The notes under the pieces: generated by a model | Told to the model about the DNA's origin: nothing | The model's input: only the letters and a program-made list of their open reading frames with translations | The model's database searches: none | Shown here: in pieces, positions 59,601-64,000 of the stretch | How the letters are laid out: every line of letters begins with the position of its first letter | Numbering within the stretch: position 1 is the first letter of the stretch | Made by a program: the position numbers and the translations under genes | Source: a virus | Lineage: Duplodnaviria > Heunggongvirae > Uroviricota > Caudoviricetes | Strand: one strand, 5' to 3' | Virus record (IMG/VR): IMGVR_UViG_3300027710_000010 | Coordinates: 235,583-299,582 of that record | DNA length: 64,000 bases

Positions 59601-60922
59601 CTAGTATTGATGATACTTATGAAATAATGTCATTATACAAACACGATGTGTTGGACATTGAACGTACAGAAGCTAAAATTTCACCTAACGTAAGTTTGAC
59701 ACAAGACACTGTTGAATATTTCACTTACAATGCAATTATTGGTGGCACAATTAACTTAGGCAGAGAAGTTTTAAGCGATGATTATGTTTGGGTAATTAAG
59801 AACGAAGCATTGCTAACACACAGCGTTGACTATAAACTAAACCCTAATATGTCTTCTATTAAACTAGCAACGACGCCAGTACTAAATGACAAATTTGTGG
59901 TTATCACGTTCAGTAAAAACGTTGTGAACACAGCGATTGGTTACATGCAGTTTAAAGACATTCTCAATAGAGATCACTATAAGCGTATGAATAAAGCTAA
60001 AGCAACACCTATTGCTAGTAACTTAAATTACTATGACAACAAGATTGTTGTTGAAGACGGCTCTGTATTATCAGCACCTAACAAAGCAAAAAATATTCCA
60101 GGTGTGGTCTACATCAATGGCGAACGTATTGAATACTTTGTTAAAGAAGGTAACATATTATCTCAAATCCGCAGAGGAACATTGGGTACTGGCACACCAC
60201 CAGTCCATATCAAAGGCGAATTTGTCTTAGATATCGGAATTACAGAAACTATTCCGTACAATGACAGTATCATTATTGACACTTACATTCATGACGGCAG
60301 TACAAACTTAGTTCCACTACAATATGTTCCTAACATAACAAGTACAACTGGTTGGACTAACCAAGTAATCCCAGCAGGATACGGACAATGCGATGAGATT
60401 GATGTGTTTGTTGGTGGCTGGAAAGTTTCACCGTGGACTACTGCTACTTCTTACAGCGTTGGCGAGATTGTAATTTACGGATCTTATACATTTAGATGCG
60501 TGACAAATCACACAAGTGAGGATTTTAACGCTGACCGATCAAATTGGGAACTATTTGTGGGGAATCAGCATCTTAAGAAGCATCCTTATTCTGTTCATAA
60601 TGTAGAAAATCATTACGAAAGTCCAGAAGGGGATGTGGATTTTGAGGCAGACTTTGCAGTTGACGGGGATGCCGGCGCAGTTAGATTAACAAACGATCTG
60701 ACTATTGGCACAAAAGTCATTGTAACTAAGAAGGTAGGGCGTGTTTGGAATGATTCAAACACTAGTTTAATTAATTCCAATAATAAGATAATTAACTTTA
60801 TAAGGGCATCAGAAGGCGTGTTATTAACTGTTAAAAATCCAAGATTGGGCCCAGATGGTATTGGATTTGATGAGACAATAACAAGTTTTGATTCAAACAA
60901 TTTAACGTTTGACAAGGGATAA
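47612..60922 (+). CDS. Giant (4436-aa) baseplate/virion structural protein, gp7-position
   Basis: Uninterrupted ORF following gp6 with TAATG coupling; contains a propeller-type 'FG.AVALS.DG' region and 'W.....Y..G.IV.Y' modules. Confidence 0.75.
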   Translation: MAEDQNEYGLPIGKGEKRRTARLLPRYYRTESNKKFIQATVDQLTQSGTVKKLNGYIGRKNAKAVTGNDVFIETVTTDRENYQLEPCAIVKDTLDNVTFFKDYIDYVNTVDVLGGISKNHKQLNKQEFYSWNPHISWDKLVNFQQYYWMPYGPDTIKVAGQQKDIVSTYTVSISDEGDNRAFVFTPDGLTRNPTLKLFRGQTYRFEISSNGEPFSIKTQREAGSLYRYLNGVSDYAVEYGVVTFTVPDDAPDVLYYVSENSVDTGGAWEVFDITENTAIDVDAEIIGKKTYQLASGLALSNGMKITFTGEVLPASYANGNFYVEGVGSQIKLIPENSLEIITGYSEASEILFDDSGFDTLPFSDATAYAAKKDYITINRANTDGNPWSRYNRWFHQDVITKSAEAAGVDVSLDQLQRATRPIIEFESNLKLFNFGTVVKKDVDLIDSFTDDIFSTIEGTTGYNVDGISLSQGQRILFTADTDPLVRNKIFKVDFITVHPTGASPIRQIHLVEEDDSDPLTNESILVKNGNLNQGKMYWFTGTDWKATQEKTAINQAPLFDLFDKNEVSLNDLTFYPGSTFAGNKIFSYKVSSSGTNDSVLGFPLTYRNINNIGDIVFTFDLLQNQFSYKQGVDVLTQHTDAQFLKLITGLETGNYINGWTKNALNNVQPIVRVYKDSGLTTEFTIDVFDSIAQLADLEVRVYINGKRLDKSKWNIVDGTKYKKVVLTTAVELTDVVTLRCFSEQDKNAKGYYELPINFQNNPLNNNVNTFTLGEAIDHVDSIVDNNTLFSGAYPGTGNLRDLGDISVYGTKFVQHSGPINLGLYHLTSKNANIIKALKQARDDYGKFKRNFINIAETITDEYDNKKFVDNILFEANKDRSKSSPYYFSDMIGYGAAVQTDYTVVDYRIKTYPLSQVFSLNELSNKAVNVYVNGIQLLYGKDYTFNDTGFVELTATVPLANNDVISVYEYESTDGCFIPPTPTSLGMWPKFEPKKYLDTTLSTPQYVIQGHDGAIILAYNDYRDDLILDLEKRIFNNIKVEYDTTMFDVLDFVPGYNRPTEYSRDEFNEILAPNFYQWTTLIDRDFTKPLTYSSDNAFTYNYKDNTAVDGTPLPGYWRGIYSWMFDTDRIHICPWESLGFSIEPTWWQEVYGSAPYTSNNLVLWEDIKAGIIREPGKPVTRVAKFARPVMGDIPPVDEEGNLIDPIMSDIAQGTIKPQMSDSFVFGDVSPVEAAWRRSSYFPFSVLVAASLMQPNKVLGTCLDRSRIVRNLNDQIVYKDTGLRIRLADIVFPSIPSDNARIQTAGLVNYLVDYILSDNLKSLVEYKNDLATLTNQLSHRLGGFTSKEKFNLILDSKSPTANAGVFVPKENYSIFLNTGSPTSKLNYSGVIITKLLTRNGVGYEVKGYSQTAPFFYYYPWTQSGNTINVGGISESYITWSSGQVYVAGNIVKYNNAYYRVKSNHTAQESFDVTLYQKLPALPIIGGRDAVLRKAWDRTPTILNYGTTFTSVQQVVDFLQGYSEYLKDQGFVFDDYNTNLKSIASWDTSVKEFMFWTTQNWSTGVDKYKDWLPNTEIKADEIVIYNGDFYTSIKEHVTSELFDPVLYTPLNSLSQEGASVISLSPSALGLSMRLDYNVIDDIRDQFNEYEIFKADGLKFDQNFLNYTREDNEFSFSPRVNGIGIYGAGFYLVQKEHVLIIDNTTQFNDTIYNLEAGYRQERIKVAGYRTVNWYGGFDIPGFIFDQAKISEWKQWTDYNLGDIVKYKEFYYSAEKFLPGAFEFNNEDWIKLDSKPTSALLPNWDYKAEQFTDFYDLESDNFDSNQQRIAQHLIGYQKRQYLENIIKNDVSEYKFYQGMIQEKGSVNSLNKLFDVLSAADQESIDFNEEWAVRIGQYGGAEAFDEIEFTLDESLFKTNPQAFELVATTDSNKVDFVVRQTSNQLYIKPLGYNNNPWPVNSSTRSYLRTPGYVRYDQIKLNVDSIKDMVGQDITTFTEGDYVWTAFDSVSWDPVSWNIYRFTKADFLDKSIEYTTSTKTLKIQFDRIPNLEVGDIIGITNSAKLQGFHIVNSVVLNTITVTATISGWQDPFQDSSQILFYKLIPQRIQSIDDEIALPKLLKTNELLWIDNNTSNKNSVWQNTPVYNKKTLQLPATQADTQFGNAVALSGDGNTLVVSTNTNKCIVYRKASNTSGWARQQTITEDISGFGTIISLSFDGRWLAVGIPTSQGAVLIYEIDSNGDYLYLETITVSGSTNFGTKIKFATTSFGYRMLVTAPGTNGTGELYVYSYTTSWSTEGAIELPVGTAGFGYDLDVTVDGATLIVSSPTANSLAGQVYVYTYTSSLYELTQTLESGAVFGERYGESVAIAPAGDLIAVGSITYDGEQVDQGLVRLYKLDAGEYVADQLVKNRNPEESESFGAKLQFINDGVSLVVFSAFGDSITRTTFDVEGNNPTTFDGNTTSIATVNKDVGRFDIYDKYNTKFLYAESLLVDNAITDLYGRAFAAGNNTIITSAINSGATGQVYSYAKLPNAYSWSQVQEQSNKVDLTKIKKVFLYNKKTNELITYLDVIDPVQGKIAGIAEQEIKYKTYYDPATYSVGSSTVNVDDGMAWTGKQVGMLWWDLTRAKFLDSYTGDVVYKNSTWNTLYDTSSIDIYEWVESKYLPADWDTLADTEAGLSAGISGTSLYGNAVYSIKKRYDTVAKSFKNTYYFWVKNKTIVPNTVDRSTSASDVARLIADPKSQGHKYIEFTGTDSFSLVNIDNLLQHTDIVLTVQYWLVKYDDLNVHTDWKIISEHPNTSIPKSIETKWVDSLVGVDDNNRTVPDMNLPAKQKFGVQFRPRQSMFVNRLEALKQYIERVNHELKQLLIVDSADLSDFNSFDPVPSKISGLYDTVADAETELRLINTGASTTALLTPVIIDGQIVDVIINSAGSGYVNAPFVTIVGSGSGASIKTIINTNGAVTGVDIISKGKGYSDATTLSVRNLSVLVSSDSQASGRWAIYSYDSIKSVWIRTKSQSYNVTDFWDYLDWYDTGYSQFTKIDYVVGGTYELFTLAVNVGQVVKVKNVGSAGWMLLEKYADVNSIDYTLSYKVIGRQNGTIAISNKFYQFADTNSGFDGPLYDIDTYDNSGSVELKIILTALRNKVLIDELRPIYLQLFFASLKYAMSEQTFIDWAFKTSFVKAMHNVGELKQKVTYNNDNLTDFENYIAEVKPYRTKIREYVSAYNNLDNSQTMVTDFDLPAVGRGKVTEPISVIVRDGVLEYSDSELLDYPWKHWLDHVGFYVDSIQLVDAGTGYISKPVINIVGDCEVPATARAYIANGKISKIELLTPGSGYLSAPTIEISGGLSSNGVAAKAVAIIKNDLVRSNLIKIKFDRITNNYFITQLDVSETFTGTASRLQWPLKWSPDLKTGNTIVRINGQEALRDSYSIATKKTTTRGYTAYSGLLTFNTAPASGAVIVIEYMKDFNYLNAADRINFYYNPTTGQLGKDLAQLMTGVDYGGVNIVGLNFKSSAGWDDLPWFSDVWDGFDPTFDDFITTVDNSTQQVTLNYIPANGLELNVYLSRYNELTEKYDDAIRLDDPYYNLYDGVTVQPNGRTVAPTNAIMQTLVGNGITDTFELPEDASRLIDQRDKLIIRKTTSDGSSTPNSLDYDTALSGGTMVYDTATGLTADDIIVDGDGFVTPTSSPATEEVVPGQITDAVAIKVFHKPTSGSAGIVSNNYVGDGTTDTFSIGQFPNTQQAVIVKVGTDIINDFTIDYNTKTVTLTTPPANKEIVSVMSFGYNGEDIVDLDYFVGDGSSIEFITNAPWSENVSSLIVVSGVQQDYILFATDGSYSDVNRIGIRFGEAPPSGAIINYLISSTSTRTFSLATKETFVTDGSTLTYQLTNPVGDAYPYEANVIVRTGNAILTGPNNSYFTLSNDSLTYTIPAYLFQSDTFDINDFNVYLDGNELALMADYTIDLTLGQVILNSSLYNEGSKLIVSLLSSADYFIDNNAITFTTVPSIDDTYEIMSLYKHDVLDIERTEAKISPNVSLTQDTVEYFTYNAIIGGTINLGREVLSDDYVWVIKNEALLTHSVDYKLNPNMSSIKLATTPVLNDKFVVITFSKNVVNTAIGYMQFKDILNRDHYKRMNKAKATPIASNLNYYDNKIVVEDGSVLSAPNKAKNIPGVVYINGERIEYFVKEGNILSQIRRGTLGTGTPPVHIKGEFVLDIGITETIPYNDSIIIDTYIHDGSTNLVPLQYVPNITSTTGWTNQVIPAGYGQCDEIDVFVGGWKVSPWTTATSYSVGEIVIYGSYTFRCVTNHTSEDFNADRSNWELFVGNQHLKKHPYSVHNVENHYESPEGDVDFEADFAVDGDAGAVRLTNDLTIGTKVIVTKKVGRVWNDSNTSLINSNNKIINFIRASEGVLLTVKNPRLGPDGIGFDETITSFDSNNLTFDKG

Positions 60923-60928
60923 AAGAAC

Positions 60929-61765
60929 ATGGCAAAACAAGTAATTGATGTCGGCAGCAAAGCTAATGACGGATCGGGAGATTCGTTAAGAGAAGCCGGC
61001 CTCAAAATTAATGCTAATTTTACAGAAGTGTACTCGGCATTGGGCGGAACATCAGGCAACCTGAGTGTTGTATCTAAATTAACCGGAGCTAACGGTATAG
61101 TTGTTAGCAATCCCACAGGCGATATTACTTTAACTAATAGAATTGCTACAACTACCCAATTAGGAGTAGTCAAAGTTGGAAACAACTTGTCTATAAACAG
61201 TGAAGGTGTGTTGTCTGCAAATTCGGGGACTTACACACTGCCAACAGCTACTGGGTCAGTACTGGGTGGTGTAAAAGTTGGCAGCAGGCTATCGATATCT
61301 AACGGGATATTAAGTGCAGATGTGCAATCCACGCAAACATCACAATTAGTCAACGGTGAATTTATTGTTAGTCTTAACTCCAATGGAGCATTATCATATC
61401 CCAACAGTGCTTTACAACGAGACACTGCCACACTAACATGTGCAGGCAATGCCAGCACTGTGGTTTACACAGCGTCAGCACAATATCAACACACTATAAG
61501 ATTATTGATACAGGTTGAAGGAACTGTTGGCGCAGGTGCTATTATGGATACACAAGCATGTGAAATGATCATAGCCAAAAGTTTTAGAGCTGATGATATA
61601 GCTTCAACAGTATACGGTGTTGTGCATACTAGTGCGTCACCATTGGCAACATTCACAGCTGAATGGAATGCACTAGCCAGCAGAGTAGAAGTGCTGTGTA
61701 CTACACCCAGTGCCAACTCAGTTGCCGTCAGAACGTTCGCAACAGAAATTACAACATCAGATTAA
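60929..61765 (+). CDS. Fibre-attachment protein with gp9/gp10-like N-terminus
   Basis: 'MAKQ.I.VG..ANDG.GD.LR.A..KIN.NF.EVY' plus 'AT...LGGVKVG..L.I..G.LS' repeats. Confidence 0.75.
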   Translation: MAKQVIDVGSKANDGSGDSLREAGLKINANFTEVYSALGGTSGNLSVVSKLTGANGIVVSNPTGDITLTNRIATTTQLGVVKVGNNLSINSEGVLSANSGTYTLPTATGSVLGGVKVGSRLSISNGILSADVQSTQTSQLVNGEFIVSLNSNGALSYPNSALQRDTATLTCAGNASTVVYTASAQYQHTIRLLIQVEGTVGAGAIMDTQACEMIIAKSFRADDIASTVYGVVHTSASPLATFTAEWNALASRVEVLCTTPSANSVAVRTFATEITTSD

Positions 61766-61778
61766 GGAATAATATAAC

Positions 61779-64000
61779 ATGGCAAATAAACCATTCGCAA
61801 TTCAAGGTGCTGACCTAACACTAGGCGGCGTAAATTTACAAGCAGGTACAAACAGTATTGTTATTCCTGGTGTTACACAAGCAGCCAACTTTAAAGTTGA
61901 AGAAGTTAACGATACAGGTAATCAAACTGATACACTTGAAGGTGCAGTAGCAATACTTGACGCGGTTCAATTTGCGGCTTTATCGGCAAACCCTAACGCA
62001 GATATTACAGGATACGCTACGTACACAGTTGAACTTGATGATGATTACTACATTGACGAGATTGAAGTAACTAGTCCAGGAACATATACACAACAACAAG
62101 CAACTATTAACGCAGGTTCAGATATGTGGGCACCTGGTGCTAGTGGCGATGTGTTTGATCCGTTTGTGGCTGCTGATTGGTTCCAAGTTCCGTTCCGTCC
62201 TAAGATGAGAGCAGGCGACGTTGAAAATGTAGGCGGCGGTGCCGACACTGGTAATGTTGTGTTCGATGGTAATCAAATGTATGTGGGCGGCACAGGATTT
62301 TTAAACTTAGAAACTGATAACGGGGAAGCCGCTATTGGTACTAACGGACCAGACCCATTACTTGTTAGTATAAACGAGGGCGATAAGGAATGGACGTTTA
62401 GCGCAGATGGTAGCATCACATTCCCAGACGGCTCTATTCAGACCACAGCCTACACTGGACAGTCAGGCGGATCAGGCAATACATCAACAAGATTCGTTGC
62501 TGTAAACAACAACGGTACTGTCTACGGTTCCACAGACGGTGAGAACTGGACGTCATATGCTAGTCCAATGACTGACATTGGTGAAGTTGCTGTTGGTCCT
62601 ACCAATATTGTTTATACTGCGAATAATAGCAACCCTAGCGTCAGCGGTTATTCACTGTGGTATGCTACCGCTTATAACTCTACTCCCACAGAAGTACAAC
62701 CTCCTGAAAACGTAGAAGAACATTATAATGAAGTAAAATATTTTAAAAGTATTGAAAAATATGTAGCAGTTGGTTATGTTGCTGAAGGTGTCAACTTTCC
62801 CGTATTACTACACAGCAGTGATGGCGTTACCTGGACTCGTTCGTATATTTCTGAAGGATTCATAGCAGAACTTGGCTTTACTGGCAATGCTGAATTCCTA
62901 GACATTGCTGAAAACGATCTAGGATTTTTCATCATATCAGACAGTTCTACTCTAGGCAGTTTCTTCCTTGAGAACATCACAGACGCTCTAGACGGCACGA
63001 CTAATGTTAGCCAGACAGATAGCTACGAGCATGTGGTTTGGGTAGAAACAGCCGCTCAAGGTTTTAGAGGATGGCATGTATTTGATAATGATGAAGATTG
63101 GTGGTTCAACGCAAACCAAGATCCTAGAGTAGGATCGTTTGAGTTGTTTGCCGTTGATGATTTAGATACTGTATTTGAAAATGCTATAGGATATAGTCCA
63201 TCACCTGGAGAATTTGCTGTAGGCGAATATAACGGTGTATCAACTATTGTCATGGGCACTGGTGATGGTCAGATCCTGTATTGGCCAGCAATTGAAGCAG
63301 GTCCGTTTGTTTCTATTCCTAAACCTTATACAGCGACTATCACAGCCTGGACCAGTGCTGCCGAATCAGTGATTACTATTACAGGTGAAGGAGCACAAAA
63401 CTCCAACGAGAAGTTTACTGTTACCGGTTCCTCAGTTACAGCATATAATGGCACATACTATATAAACACTGATAACAACAAAGTCTATACTAACCGTGCT
63501 ATGACTGTGCCATTTGACACCACAGGATTGGCAGCGTTCACCGGTACAGCAACTATCACTTGGAGTCACGGACAATACATCGATGCTCTACACTACAGCA
63601 ATGGCGTATTCTATGTGGGCAATGATGATGAAGAATTTTTTATCTCAACTGACGGCGGAGCAACTTGGACCGAAACAGATTCATTCCCAGGTGGGGAAGG
63701 CGAGAATAACGGATACCCCAACGACATTGATTCCTATGGTACTACTACTACAAATAAATTAATCAATGGTACTCAAGAATTTACATTAAACGCCAACGGA
63801 TCAGTAACATTCCCAGATGGCAGCATACAGACCACAGCCTATACTGGCACCGCAAGTGATGCTAATGTTTGGGTACAGACATTTGAAAGTGTTGACGGCG
63901 CCCCAACAGATGTTCCAGCATTGGCAGTGAGCGTAGAATACGATTCAGCGGGCAACGTTATTGCCTTGTTCACTCATTACAACAATATTAGCAACTCGAG
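61779..64000 (+). CDS. Fibre/receptor-binding-like protein, truncated by the window end
   Basis: Not in the track. ATG 61779 after TAAGGA; MANKPFAIQGADLTLGG...; frame spot-checked at 62400, 63780 and 63960; Asp-box motifs (STDGENW, SSDGVTW, STDGGATW). Confidence 0.75.
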   Translation, partial: MANKPFAIQGADLTLGGVNLQAGTNSIVIPGVTQAANFKVEEVNDTGNQTDTLEGAVAILDAVQFAALSANPNADITGYATYTVELDDDYYIDEIEVTSPGTYTQQQATINAGSDMWAPGASGDVFDPFVAADWFQVPFRPKMRAGDVENVGGGADTGNVVFDGNQMYVGGTGFLNLETDNGEAAIGTNGPDPLLVSINEGDKEWTFSADGSITFPDGSIQTTAYTGQSGGSGNTSTRFVAVNNNGTVYGSTDGENWTSYASPMTDIGEVAVGPTNIVYTANNSNPSVSGYSLWYATAYNSTPTEVQPPENVEEHYNEVKYFKSIEKYVAVGYVAEGVNFPVLLHSSDGVTWTRSYISEGFIAELGFTGNAEFLDIAENDLGFFIISDSSTLGSFFLENITDALDGTTNVSQTDSYEHVVWVETAAQGFRGWHVFDNDEDWWFNANQDPRVGSFELFAVDDLDTVFENAIGYSPSPGEFAVGEYNGVSTIVMGTGDGQILYWPAIEAGPFVSIPKPYTATITAWTSAAESVITITGEGAQNSNEKFTVTGSSVTAYNGTYYINTDNNKVYTNRAMTVPFDTTGLAAFTGTATITWSHGQYIDALHYSNGVFYVGNDDEEFFISTDGGATWTETDSFPGGEGENNGYPNDIDSYGTTTTNKLINGTQEFTLNANGSVTFPDGSIQTTAYTGTASDANVWVQTFESVDGAPTDVPALAVSVEYDSAGNVIALFTHYNNISNS

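Noticed and set aside
1-64000. Stop-codon reassignment, tRNA genes or inteins
   Set aside because: Core genes are full length in the standard code with TAA, TGA and TAG all used as stops; no cloverleaf or intein motifs noticed.

Overview
A 64-kb segment of a large, AT-rich T4-like (myovirus) phage genome in the standard genetic code, made up mostly of late/structural genes. The minus-strand left arm holds tail fibre/spike and glycine-rich adhesin-like genes (1-21949), the head module (gp23, gp22, gp21, acidic core-like protein, gp20) and a tape-measure-like gene. The centre holds a gp26/gp51-like pair, a ~490-nt structured non-coding region, a stand-alone GIY-YIG protein, a cytidylyltransferase, gp46, gp47 and a gp55-like late sigma factor behind a perfect sigma70 promoter. 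The plus-strand right arm is the baseplate module (gp48/54-like, gp53, hub, gp5, gp25, gp6, a 4436-aa giant protein, a gp9/10-like gene and a truncated fibre gene). TAAATA late-promoter motifs recur before structural genes. The best leads are (1) a candidate pseudoknotted ncRNA with a repeat/hairpin, origin-like 3' end directly behind the GIY-YIG gene, (2) an apparent programmed -1 frameshift fusing the gp26-like and gp51-like ORFs, (3) two structured 5' leaders on virion genes and (4) apparently leaderless late mRNAs. All family calls come from motif recognition by eye; no searches or folding programs were run.
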